From: Lingula anatina | Taxonomy: Eukaryota > Animalia > Brachiopoda | Direction of reading: 5' to 3' | DNA length: 64,000 nucleotides | Assembly (NCBI GenBank): GCA_051362555.1 | Contig: CM120646.1 | Coordinates: 20,584,001 to 20,648,000, forward strand | Shown here: positions 40,663 through 53,826 of the stretch, one piece after another | Layout: each line of letters opens with the position of its first letter | How positions within the stretch are numbered: position 1 is the first letter of the stretch | The notes under the pieces: generated by a model | The model's database searches: none | What the model was told of the DNA's origin: nothing | Seen by the model: only the letters and a program-made list of their open reading frames with translations | Translations under genes and position numbers: made by a program

Positions 40663-43600
40663 GACCAACTCAGTGTAAGAAAAGCAAGAATGGAAAGAAT
40701 GACGAAACGATTATGTATCTAAAATCCGACATTTCTGAACTGGGCTCATGTGAGAACTGGCGAGGATTGTAAATCAACTTCTAAATGCTACGCTTATGCT
40801 TCAGTTGGGCCGCTGCTCAGTTTTGTTTTCCTGTTATATTTGGAAGTCTCGACAGGATGGCGAATCTTCGGCCATTTCAGTTGATGAGAATCATGTAGAA
40901 TTTCAGTTTTCAGGGTTTTCAGCAATTGTGGCTGTGGAAAAATTGGGAGGTGCTACTGAGCAGGAGCACTTTTCAGTTACATCAGTCGGTAGCACGGGAA
41001 GGAGGAGATGGGGAGGGAATGGGTGTAAAGGCAGTTAATGGTTAAACTCACTTATTCTTGTGTGCCTGGTTGACGAATGTTTCATTTATATGTAATACTA
41101 CATATACAGTGTATACGTGGATGAAGGGTAACATAAACAGGTAAAGCTAATATATGGCCATGGTTATTTTATTATTCCAGCCACCTGTGACTCACTGACT
41201 GCCTTCAACATTCAGCATTTTGCCACCGATTACTACGCCGGAACAAGAAGTGAAAATGCTCACTGGGTAAGTGATGTTATGGAAAGAGTAAACGCTCCGA
41301 GTATATATATTTTCTTGTAGTGGTATGTCCATTCTAAAACTGACAAGGAATATGTTATACGTAATGTAACGAAACTGGCTTTGGCCAATTTTCATAAGCA
41401 AATTTAGCCTTAAAGTTCTTAAATTTCTGAACCGTGACTGCTCGCACTCTCACTGTTGTCTTCATGTAGACAAACTCGTACGTGAAGCGTGCCGGGGACA
41501 CCTCCCTGCGCCTGCGCTTTAGCGGCAATCTCTATGAGCACGGCAACGGCCACTGCTCTCGGTGGTACTTCAAGTTCAACGGAGCAGAGTGCTCAAATCC
41601 TGGAACTCTGGAATTTGCCTTTTACCTCGACGGGGATTCCGGAGCCAATACGCACAGAGGGTTTGCGTGTATGTACATGCATGTATATATCTACCTACCT
41701 GTCTGTCTGTCTGTATGTCTGTCTGTCTGTCTGTCTGTCAGTGTGTTTGTCCCTTCATCCTTTATTTCATTCACAACCTTGCAAGCATATAAACCAATGC
41801 AATGTTCAGCAATATTTTTGTTAAGTGGAACATAGAATGTTCTTTGAATGGCAGTTATATGTACTGTCACCTCACTGTATTTGATAATAATCAAAGCTGT
41901 TGGGCTGTGCTCCATTAACGAAAGTGTTTTGTACTGTTTCATACAACATTCTTTTTAAAAAAAATTATACTCTGTTAGAAATTGAGAAAATATATCACAT
42001 AAGAAATCTGTTTTAATTTTCCACAGTTGACGCTATCTGCAATGGAATATCGGCAGGGACAATCTCAATCACACTTCATGTGGGAACATGCAGATCAGGC
42101 CATGGTGTCAACAACCCTCACACTGGTTGGAACATGAAGACACATCTGATAGTAGAGGAGACCAGGCTGGGGCAAGATATCAGTGCAGGTCAGTGAAATA
42201 TATATGTAGCAGTAGCAGTAGGAACTGTAGTACTAGCAATACATTGTGGTAGTAGTTGTAGCAGCAGCAGCAGTAGGAGTAGCAGTAAAAAAGGTAGTAT
42301 TAGGAGGTCTACATGTATATGTAGTAGTAATCGCTCTGGAAGGCATGGTGTTGAACAGATGATCTCGGCAGTCCTTCAAGCCGTCTTCCTGGGTTTCCGA
42401 CGCGCTACTAATATGTCGAACTTGTCAAAACACTCACAAAAGCCTTGCGATCAGCGACCATCTCAAAAGGTGTCATCAGGTCATATTGAAGTCACACGAT
42501 TTAAGTCATTGTCAAATGCGTCCGTTGACGAGATTAGAGTCGGCCAATTTAAGACCTCCTTCCAAGTGGTTACACCCCTGTATAAGCAGAGTGTTTATAT
42601 TATAAGATACTGAATGTTAATGCTATTGTAATACTAAAATTCAGTGTACTGTATTTAATCACACATTGGCGGTTACAACGTGGGACACACAGCAAGATTG
42701 GTGTTTTTTTTTCAGTTCTGGGAACCGACGGGTCATTGGTTCGCCTGCCCATATTCAACCGTGTTCAGTCTTATTGGTACAATATTTATAACGGAGATGA
42801 TACCAACTCCAACCTTGTGGTAACGTATATACTACTGCATCAGTAAATATATCATATAAATCAGAGTGAAGGGTGTACGTGAATATTACGCTCAATTCTC
42901 CATTGTGAGTTTTGCTGCACTTGTGTATCTTTGTGCAAGTCTATCCTCGTGCTTAATACTGTATGTTTTTGATCCCTATTTTATGTATTAGGCTACATGT
43001 GTGCTTAATCATTTCAGTCGGTGTCGTACACCAAGAAGTCAGCGGTCAGTTCCCTCCATGTCGTGTGGTCCCTTAACCTAAGGGTGTATATCGACGGACA
43101 TTGTGCCCGCTGGTACGTCGCGTTCAATGGAGCAGAATGTTCTGACCCCGGGAATATAGAGAGCGTCTTATACGAAGATGACATCAGTGGCAACTCAAAT
43201 TCAAACTGGCACCAACCGGGCACGGGTAAGTTAATTCAGAGGGAAAGGTATGCAATTTACCTGTAGCTTATGTGGTCTATGAAGCTACGTTGGTGCAAAC
43301 GTAACGTGTAAATTTGCAGGGCTTATACACTACGCTGTTTATGCTCTAACTATAGCCTGGGAAACATTTACCACGATTTTATCTTGTGTTATACACCAAT
43401 TTATTTATTTATTATTAGTCAAGTAAATAGAAATGAAAATATTTTTGAAATCTTATGTTCGTGTTGTTTTGTTTTATAACGTGGCACACTTGGCAATATG
43501 GTGACCTTGCGACTCCAGTCTGGCTTTTCTGCATGGAATTGACTACAAACATTATGTTTTGGTATATTACAAAAATCTTACGACCGCGATTATGGAGGAT

Positions 43601-43862
43601 GGATAATGAAAAAAATACGGTTCCTTATGTAAGATCACATTTTTATGTATGGAAAAACATATAAACACTACACATAACCATAAAGAAACTATAATGTCCT
43701 ACTCTATTTCCAGTCGAAGGTATCTGCCATGGTTTGAGTGCCGGGAGTATCACCGTCAGTCTAGCTGTTGGGAACTGTGGTGGCTACAGCCCTGGCGATG
43801 CTTTTACTGGCTGGGAATCTGGTTCCTTCGCAATAGTAGAAGAGGTTTTTATGGGGGCATAA
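34137..43862 (+). CDS. Secreted PAN/apple + EGF-like + 3x CTHRC1 C-terminal domain protein, paralog A (602 aa)
   Basis: Exons 34137..34493, 37970..38075, 39113..39204, 39647..39845, 40262..40408, 41181..41266, 41470..41668, 42027..42188, 42716..42819, 43018..43225, 43714..43862 (1809 nt, TAA). Signal peptide MKMGYGLLVTVTSLLLSSLAFA. PAN pattern ECILTC..LCRSSYY..KTCYL. Three repeats of Y-K....L...(W/F).G...C..(W/Y)YF.(F/I)(N/D)(G/N)AECS.P...GIC.G..AG...(T/A)GW...I.E, matching the CTHRC1 C-terminal domain. Confidence 0.9.
36126..37441 (+). mobile_element. Decayed Tc1/mariner (DD34E-type) transposon in intron 1 of paralog A
   Basis: TIRs CACTGATGCTCATAA / TTATGAGCATCAGTG with TA on both sides. 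Broken transposase: N-terminal HTH 'RWQIMGSHRAGVPKRQIARQ' and catalytic 'VQDNVP...DWPAYLPILNVIEHA*DMIDR...CEAVVQNQGRHTRY', with frameshifts, a stop and an internal deletion. Confidence 0.9.
37700..37935. mobile_element. Palindromic MITE family member (related copies at ~13605..13690, ~60039..60185, ~62005..62220, ~53564..53826)
   Basis: CTGAAGCTGCTAAACGATAATTAATTACC...TAGCAGCTTCAG hairpin core plus TTGCAATT.AGCG.GAATCCCC..GGAGATAGATCGA...TCTGGGAATGG, nearly identical at 60039..60185. Confidence 0.7.
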
Positions 43863-44973
43863 TTGATGGATATGGGAGAGAACACACTGGAATTCTCATT
43901 CAGTGGGATTTTGAACTGGACCTAGCTACATGTATATGTATATATATATTAACAGAGGGGAAAATTTGGACACATTTTGACTTGTGCACAGCACAATCTG
44001 TGACAATATGGCACCAAGACTCCCAGGGTGTCCGTAATTTCAGAACAACCGCACAAGTTGTATAGTTTTTCAATAGGAGGATTCTTGGATTATGTTTAAA
44101 ATCATATATCTTAAAAGATAAAAACCACAGCATTCGGGGGCATGGTGTTGACTGCTGCTATTATTCTATAGGATCAAAACTTATATGGAAAGCGCTAAAT
44201 ATAGAAAATACCATGCATAAAAACACAAGATAATAATGTTATTAATTACGAACTTACAGTAAATGGATATATGCAGTATATGTTTTAAAACTAACACCTT
44301 ACTCGTGAGGAGTAAACCGAATTGAGACGCATTAAACGCATCAAAGTTTCTATATATTGATTTTTGGAACGATTTCCTCTAAGCTACTTTGTACAACTGA
44401 CCGAACACAGAAAAAGGGATTAAAACTTCCATGAGCGCATTATGTAACATGTGTATAGATTCCTTCTCAGTCAATTTTTTCTGAATATTAATGAATGTAT
44501 AAACAATAGACGCTGGGATGGTTATGTCACCACATAAAATATGCATTATAGGCACACAGATTCAGTTGATGTATTGGTATGTAGGGCAAATTGTACCGTT
44601 AATTTCTGTTGCAAATATAATGTTTTATTCATTGACTTGCAAAGTACTTTGTTAAATGTTGAACAAAATTCGCGCTCTGATGACGACCACCCTATTTGAA
44701 CCAGTCTAGCCGTCTCTTATAATATCGATTGGATTGGGTACCTTTAATTATTGTTATTGTAAAAAGATATGACACAAAACGCTGAGCGGATATACCGACG
44801 AGTCGTGTGTGTTGGATTCTGGCGCATGCCTGATAAAAATCTTCAATTTTCGAACGGTCCTTGATTAACCATCCCTTAAAGTGGGAGCCTTCTCCTGTGT
44901 ACCGCGGTCCCATCAGCTAAAGGGCGACGTGTAGATACCACAAAACCGTTGCAGTTGTAGGTCGCCAAACAAA

Positions 44974-46552
44974 ATGAAGATGGGATATGGAATAATCGTA
45001 ATTGTAGCCAGTCTCCTCCTGTCATCGCTGTCGTTTGTCACAGCTACCGAGACCGTTGACATCTGTTCAACGAACTTGGCCGATGGGAACAAGTACAACG
45101 TCTCATTTGTGTCCGCAGACTACGAGCCGGCATTTGCTATGGACGCAGTGGAAAGCCGCAGCAATCTCGAATGCATTTTGATTTGTAAAAGGCAATCTCG
45201 TTGCAGATCGGCATATTACGACAAAGGGAACAAGACGTGTCATCTGGTTGATGTATCGCAGTCGACCACTGGCTATACCACTGCCTCCGCCCAGGCTGCA
45301 GGATGTGTGACCAATGTCGCGCCGAGTATTGTAAGTACATGTTCAGGCCTTAGTTTCACAAGAAAAAAAACTTAAGTCAGTTACCTAGCTTAGTTGACTA
45401 GGATTTCCATGAGAGTGCTGTTACACTTCTCCTGATAGGGTATGATGTGACAATGTAATCTTGGTAATTAAGTTCTTAGCCAGGGAACCTGACTTGAGTT
45501 TTTTTGTGAAACCGGGGTTAGTTTGTAATAAAACAGAAATACCTTTTCACTATTTTCTCGTGACCTAGGTGCTCTTTTCGACATAGGAACTCGTGGGTGA
45601 GTATTGCCTCTGTTGTATGCTTGCTCATTTTTCAGCATGTAGAGCAAAAACAAACAAACAAACAAAAAAAATTAATCAACCCCTCGGATACTTGAGTGAA
45701 TACATTTTTGCTAAACTTTAATGCAGAATGCAAGTTGTTCCTTATTACTGAAATGTATGTTGGGTGAGTTTTGGGATCGCCTACAGTTACGATGCACATT
45801 TGAAAGTCTTGGAGGAGTCTGTCCAAAAACAAATGTACATTAAAGTAACAATCCATAAGAAAGATGTCATAAAGCTACATGTATCTTGTAAGGTTGTTAA
45901 TGCGCGTTGCCAACCATTCTTTTCCCCCTCAAAATAATCAATATGCCAAATGAAGTTATAGATCTAGTGCGTCTCCGACCACTTGACTGTGAACGCCATT
46001 TACATCCAGATCTATCGTAAAGGGCACATTTAAAACTCCAAATCTACATAGCACTGATTTGTTTTTTGGGAAGTTTCTATCTTTAGTTAGGCAAATTTAC
46101 TGATGATCTATACCGTTCCAACTATTTTTTTTTTTATTCATCTAAGATATATAATGAAATGTGCAATAAAGAATCATTGCAAGGTTATATATTTGGAAAC
46201 CTGACTATTTGATATCCATAATTATCATGATATATAACAATATCAAAAATAAAAATAATGCCCGAAAACAACTGAAATCAATACAAAGAAAGAAAAAGAT
46301 ACCCCCAGTAGATTTAGAGCCTTAATTGAAATTGTTCGGGAATCAAGCTTTCATTTCTGATGTTACCTCTCTTACTGGCGTCCTGGCTCGTCTTAAATCA
46401 ATTGATTCAATTAACGTCATTTGCACAAGTCGACATATATTACAGGCATGTGGATTAATTTATTGTTTACACGCATTGATTTGGGTTAGGTAAGAAGATT
46501 ATTATCTTAAGACATATCCCCAGCTTCTCCTTTCCAACGACAGTATCTGTCC

Positions 46553-46649
<97 letters not shown>

Positions 46650-49600
46650 GAGAGAGAGAGAGCAAATTTAGTCATTGATCGTCTGACTTCAGGTGGACCT
46701 TAACTTTGAAAGCACCTTTTCGGAATGCAGCGCGTCTCCGTGTGCCGTGGCCGGAACATGTCGCGGGGACTGTGTGAACAGCGAGGCTGTCTGTATTGGT
46801 AAGTTTTCAATGTATTTTTACAGTGTACTACTATATTAATGCTCAAAATCACAGTTCATAGTTTGAGCAATGAAGGGGTTGAGGGAATAGGGCCAGATAA
46901 CTTATTTTGAATTAATTGATATGGAAACTCGAAGTTTAGTATGGGCCACTCATATATTATGTTTGTTTTCAATTTTTCCGAATGCCGGTTGAGGCTTATA
47001 TGGTAGTTATGTGCTTAAACTTCCCTCAGCAACCACTAGATAATTAAATATGCATATTTAAATGCCACATTATTTGTTTCAATTCACAGAGCTGTAACAG
47101 TTTCAATAACAGTACTAGTATTTGCCACATTTAGAATATTAGAACCCATTTTTACATTGTGTAAAATCACGCCTATCTACCAATAGTAACATTATTTACC
47201 GATAGGTGACGGTACGGACTGTGACGAAGTTCCGTTATCCAATGTGTACCAGTGGTCAACTACCTCAGCTTGGGGCACCGACTCTGGTCAGTTGTTTGTA
47301 AGTATGGATAATTTATTGTGTTGGCTTCTCTGGATATTGTCCATGGGTATCCAATTAAGGGCTGATTAAGAGAGCATGAGATCATTTGCTGTCAAAAGTT
47401 ATTATGAACATCTAGGAAACTTTGGTATTAAGAAATGAGTATATATCGTCTCCTTTATCTAAGTAATATCTTTATTTTTGAGACCTTTGGATTTTGTTTC
47501 TTTATTGAGTTCTGTCTTTATTTTCATTTTTTTTTTTTGTATTAAAACCTGGTTGCACCGTCTATGGAATCTACATGAACCACTATCAAATAACATATAA
47601 CATAATTAAATTTATTCAAGGTGGACGGTCAATGTAATGATATACGGTACATATCGGTTTCCTTTGAAAACCAAAGAAGTTTTGTATGCATTTCACAATA
47701 ACCTTAGCTACATTTAACATGGTATTTACGAAAAAAAAACATTATCAACAAAGGCCAAGTGTTTTTCAGAATATATTGTAATAAATATGATATTTCTATT
47801 TCAGACCATTTCTTACACCAAAAAAAGTGCGACCACTGGTTTGTATTTACAGTGGGTCGGCACCTTGAGGTCGGCGTACAACTGCGGAGGCTGCGCGGCA
47901 CAGTATTACTTCACCATTGACAACGCAGAGTGTTCCAACCCCTACGCCATCGATTGGTCCGAATACCACCCTAGTGGCAGAGATTTTCTCAAAATTGCCA
48001 ACTGTAAGCATCAAAAGAGTGTTTATTCTCCTCTTTCTAACCCCACCCTTTATGACCTTTTAGCATTTAAAATATTTAGTATGTGGACATAGTGTTTCAA
48101 ATGTAAAGAAAATACACTGTACGTTCACAGTAAGAACGATTTTGGCATAGAAATAAAGAAAAATACATCTTATATGTCAGATGTTATTTGATCAAAGCTT
48201 TGTAAATGACCAATCATATATCTAGTTATCGGTAATAGTGATCGACAGTAAAACACAGGAATACTACACAGAATACCGCATATTTTTTTCTGACAAATAA
48301 CATTCTTAGAACTCCCTAAACTAAGCAATAAAACATTCATATTTTTCACTCGTTTCAGTTTTTGGTATATGCTACGGTATTGGTGCAGGATCGAAGACCA
48401 TAGGTTTTAATGTACGCCACGTAAGTGGCAGTGGCGACCATTACGCGGGATGGAACGCGAGATCTCGTGTCATCATAGCAGAAGTAGAGGGCACCCCCGG
48501 CACAAGTAAGATGTTCGTTAAATATACATAAGAACCGCCTAGGTTTCTTCACTTGTTATATGGGGGAGCAATTATTGTTTTACACTATTTCGATGTCTGT
48601 CCAGTAAATTTATTTATGGGGCTATACGCATGGATCTGTTCTCGTGCCATTCACCGTCAAATATTGCTGGAATCGCAACGCTTCTGTAGCCACCAACGTC
48701 AAAAGTTAAAAATTGAATCTTCAAGTTTCCTCTTTGAAATCAAATACCAAGAAACAAGTTTTTAGCAGTCCAGCATTTGAAATAGAGTCTAAATCTGGCA
48801 ACCATTGCATTTGGACCGCTGTTAGTCTGGCTTCTAGTTTTACTAATATCTGCAGGCTATATAAACCAACGGGTGGATGTTCAATTAGCTTCAGCATGGA
48901 TCTAGACGTACAAGGTTTGGGAACTAGGTGAAGTACATGCTAGTAGCTGTAGTAGTGATTAGATAGGTAGGAACTAGTACATGTATTGTACCATGTGCAG
49001 GGGGTTAAGATAGGACAGCACTATCGCGTGGGTGGATGTAATGGGTGGCATTGCGTAATACATAAGAGGTTAAATGCCGGCACATATTAGGCCATATTTA
49101 TTTTGTTTACTTTCTAGCCACCTGTGACTCGCTGACTGCCTTTAACCTTCAGCATTTTGCTACCGATTACTACGCCGGCACAAGAAGTGAAAATGCTCAC
49201 TGGGTAAGTGATGTTATGTAAGTTTATGTGCTCCAAAGTAAGTGATGTTACAGAAATAATATATGCTGAAATAAATTCCCTGGTATATTGTTACCTGGAT
49301 AGTTAGAAATATAATAGTCTACATTTCTGTTCTGGAACATGTACAACATATGCTGAGAATTATTCAACGAATACAAACCCGTTTAAATCAATTGTTGTTG
49401 TTGTTGCTTTTAAGAAAAATGGTCCTAGATGCATTGTATCTGAACCCTTTCTGAGCTCACCCTAACTTTTGTCTTCGTTTAGACAAATTCGTACGTGAAG
49501 CGTGCAAGTGACACCTCCCTGCGCCTGCGCTTTAGCGGCAATCTCTATGAGCACGGCAACGGGCACTGTTCCCGGTGGTACTTCAAGTTCAACGGAGCAG

Positions 49601-52600
49601 AGTGCTCAAATCCTGGAACTCTGGAATTTATCTTCTACCTACACGGGGATACCGGAGCCAATACGCACAGAGGGTATTCGTGTAAGTGCTCTTTCTATAT
49701 TAAGTTCATTTTCAAATAATCTAGACATTTATTTGTCGTATGTGATAAAAAGGCGAAGGAAAAAAGAGAAAATGGGACACAAACCTGGTTGACGTTTTAA
49801 TTACAGGTACGAATAAAAGTTCTACATGTTTTAATTTGTTTTAAGTTTTTCAACTCCATTACTGGACAGATATAAAACCCAGTTCCAATCCTTTAAATGT
49901 ACATGCTTGTAAATCGAATCGGCGCGATGATAATCTTACTTGTAATCAAACGTTACTAAGCCTAATTCGCTTAATAAAGTCAACCACGATACCGATGCTT
50001 ACAAGAAAACTTTTTAGCTTTTATTAAAAGGAAAAAAAAACGGAACGCAGACCTTCGCCAATGACTTAAAACACTATATTCAATTGTGGTAGTTGAGAGC
50101 ACGCAGATTCATTGCACAACTGGTCAAAGTCTGTGGCCCTATCTCGCAATAGTGAAAACTGTTTTTGCATTCAAATGGTGATCCGGCTTACGGACCGCAA
50201 CAAAAACCTATCACATTCAAGTTTAAGGTGCATTTCTGACCTGTCCTAAAAGCAGCATCAAAATCAGTCATAAACGTTTCGAATTAGGCCGGTGAACAAA
50301 CCATCCAAAAACAAACAACCGAAACAAACAGACAGACAGCCTGGCAAACGAATGTGAAAACACAAACTTCTTAGCGGAGGTGGTTATTATGTACACATAA
50401 TTTTACTTGAAATCCTCCTTTTCATCATGTTAAAATTTTTGAAATTCAGTTAACGGAATCTGCCATGGGCTCTCGGCGGGGACAATCTCAATTACACTTC
50501 ATGTGGGAACATGCAGATCAGGGCATAGTGTCAACAACCCTCACACTGGTTGGAACATGAAGACACATCTGATGGTAGAGGAGACCAGGCTGGGACAAGA
50601 TATCAGTGCAGGTCAGTGAAATACATTGTGCTAGTGGTATTGTGTAGTTGTCGTTAAAAATACAGCAGTTTTAACCTTTAAATAGTAGCAACGTTCACAG
50701 TAGCTGCAAGTATAGTGAAGCTAACTAGTACTGTAAATGTAGTAGCTTGTACATGCAGTAAGGGTAGGTTGGGTATTCATCTTGTTCTCATATTACAACA
50801 GTAAAAACGTCTACTCATAAGCAGCTGCATGGTTGATCACATACATCGAATTTTGTTTTTCATTTCAGTTGTGTCAAATGACGGGTTATTGGTCCGCCTG
50901 GCTGTGTTCAACCGTGTACAGTCCTACTGGCATCACATTAACGATCACGACGATGTCGACTCTAACATTGCGGTAACTGTCGCTTGAATGAGTGACACGT
51001 GGATTTGCGTTAATTGGGCTTCATCATGATTTATATATTAATCGCATTATGGAAAGCCTTCCTGTTAGTTTATATAATAGAGACCTTTTGCAGCTCTAAT
51101 GAACCTTATTATACATGTAGATTAAGTTGAATCGCGCCAAGCCTTCGTTTCAAAAGTAACAATATTAATTAAATATTCTTAAACACGTTTTCACAGCTGC
51201 AAATCCTGAATAAGATTTTGGGCTTCAGCTAAGCGTTTGGTATTGACAAGTGCACAAAAATCGTGCCATAAAATACGAAACCCACCAACCGCAACCGTTG
51301 AACTTGACAGTGCGAAAAACCTCTTATATCCAGCGGCAGCTGTCAATGTGTTTAAAAACACACATCATTTCCGTATGTTTACGTCTGACAGGCAAGCGTG
51401 TGTTTCTACGTGCGTGTGAGTGTGTAAAATCATCCGCGTGCGTCAATTTAATTCCATCTGAACGTATTTGTGTTCAGATATCTAATTAATCCACTTTGCT
51501 TCCTTTGCGGATTTTTTTCCTTTGGGGTCTTATAGGACGTCCTTTAGAAAATTGGCTAGAAATCCTATAGGGCCCCACAATGCCTTGTGTCTTATAAGAT
51601 TATATAAAGTCCCATAGAGTTCCATGGGAGGTCCAAAACGAAATCTACGTTAAAGTTACTCTTTAAAAGGATTTGTATGTTTTTCCAGTCAATATCGTAC
51701 ACCAAGAAGTCAGCGATCAGTTCGCTCCATGTTGTCTGGTCCATTAATTCAAGGGTCTATCACGACGCCCAGTGTTCCCGTTGGTTCGTGACTTTCAATG
51801 GAGCAGAATGCTCAGATCCGGGAAATATAGAGAGTGTCATATACGAAGACGATGTTAGTGGCAACTCACACTCAGATTGGTATCAGCCTAACATGAGTAA
51901 GTTTCTTTATAGTCTCATTTTTTGAAAAAAATCTGTGAATATTCATTCATTCATTCATTCATTCATTGTGCAAACCATATCTGGCAGATTTTGTTTCAGT
52001 TTAAATTTACTATCCGTTTTATTGCAGAGTTTTTGCATCACTATATAAGGCTTACCGTAGCAAAATCATTCCGCATTTTATCACATTTTGCTTATATTCC
52101 TGTACCGTTATCTCCATAATTGGGGGGTTTACATGCAAAAATACAAGCTACGTTAAAAATGTCACAATTTGTTATTTTAAAGTGATTAAATATCTCGTTT
52201 ACAAATCTCACCACATGCAGTTTAAAATATTGTTATTTCATTTCACGGAGCGTCTTCTCTAACAATAAGTATGAGCAACACAGTTGCGGTTATATTTTCT
52301 CTAATACAAAATACTTGGTTATGTACTGTGTAAAGGTTTCCCAATACAGTTACCCATTTTCTTGTGGAATTGGAGTGATTCATAAAGCTTAAAGTTTCTT
52401 TTGTGTTGCTTTGACTGACCGCTAACCTTATGGTCAGAGAGTCCGGTGTCTTGTTCCAGAAAGTCGTCCATGACGAAGAGTCCAGAACAGCGAGTTATTC
52501 TAGAAACCAGGAGTTCTGCGGAACGTTGGCTCTGTGTTGCTTGACACGGGAAGCGGAAGACGGCGATTCGACTCCATGGGGGGACATACACAGTTCTAAC

Positions 52601-52774
52601 TGTTTGTGTATTTTTCTATTTCCAGTCGAAGGTATCTGCCATGGTTTGAGTGCCGGAAGTATCAGCGTCAATCTAGCTGTCGGGTATTGTGGTGGCTACG
52701 GCGCTGGCGATGCACATTCTGGCTGGCAATCTGGCACTTTTGCTATGGTGGAAGAGGTCTTTATGGGAGCATGA
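44974..52774 (+). CDS. Secreted PAN/apple + EGF-like + 3x CTHRC1 C-terminal domain protein, paralog B (602 aa)
   Basis: Exons 44974..45330, 46693..46798, 47206..47297, 47805..48003, 48359..48505, 49118..49203, 49483..49681, 50450..50611, 50869..50972, 51689..51896, 52626..52774 (TGA). Every exon has the same length and phase as in paralog A, and the frame is open. Confidence 0.9.
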
Positions 52775-53563
52775 TTGGTGGATATACGATACAGCACGGA
52801 TCGAACTTTACGCAATTAAAGACAAACGGAAATATGAAAATAAGACTCACTCTGCTACACGTACATAAGATGATGGAAATTTGTGAATTTCAATTGGATT
52901 TTAGTGGTCATTCTTGTTGATGCAGTGATTTTATCATGGTTATCTTTGTCTAAGGCTCTGACAGTTTTAGTTTGGATGTCTGGTATTGACACTTGGAGGT
53001 TAAGCGGTGCATAAGGCGTCGGAATTTTTATTTATTTATAAGTCTAACGGAACAATTTCAGAATCCTCTGAGGTTATTTTTTTTCTGTAAAAGCACCTTT
53101 ATTTTAGATGACGATTACACCATATTATTAATTTATGGATCATATGTTGTTTCCAGCTCGTTCGAAATATCTCATATCTCTAGATAAGTGACAAGGTATG
53201 CTATCCACGTGTACCGCTCCTGTCAATTTAAAGATTGGTTTAATCAAAATAAAGAATTAAAATACTGATAGTTTTATTTAACTGTGGTATTTGGCTGTTC
53301 TAAAACAGATTTTAGATCACATGAGGTGGGTTAAACCCCAACCAATATCAAGCTTGGGGGTTTATATTCAGACTCGAGGGTGGGGTCGGTTTGTTAGAGG
53401 GGCCGTCTTCACCGCCGTTTATATCAGGGGCTTATTGTGCTATACATTTAGCTTAAAGAAAGCCCCCTCCTTCTCCCTCTTTTTGTGCTTAGGACTGAAG
53501 TGGTTGAACAAGTGTGTCGGGAATTGGGGGAGGGTCATTTGCGTGTAAGGCCCATCCCACGTA

Positions 53564-53826
53564 GGGCTCATCCCCAATGGAACTATCGTTCTACGTATAC
53601 CGATCCTACTCGGCGGGCACTCTCGCTGAATGCAATCAGATTAACAAATGAACACGCCCCCCCCTTCTTGGCGTTGAGTAGAATAGAGATAAAAGCTGGT
53701 GGTTATACGAGAACGTTGCAGAAAGAGACGAGGTCTTTTAATCTGTTAATGTGATTGCATTCAGCGAGCGTCCCCGCGGAGTTAGATTTATCTACGCAGA
53801 ACGATAGTTTCACTGGGAAACACCCC
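53564..53826. mobile_element. Fold-back MITE with ~85-bp inverted arms (Harbinger/Tourist-like)
   Basis: CCCAATGGAACTATCGTTCTACG...TCGCTGAATGCAATCAGATTAACA versus TGTTAATGTGATTGCATTCAGCGA...CGCAGAACGATAGTTTCACTGGG. GGG...CCC termini. Confidence 0.7.

Noticed and set aside
42335-42580. GC-richer intronic segment with ORF 42359..42613
   Set aside because: No recognisable motif in the frames I read and no counterpart in paralog B; probably an unclassified repeat fragment.
52430-52625. In-frame N-terminal extension of ORF 52430..52774
   Set aside because: A clear TTTCCAG acceptor at 52625 matches paralog A exon 11 exactly; the upstream part is intronic and absent from A.
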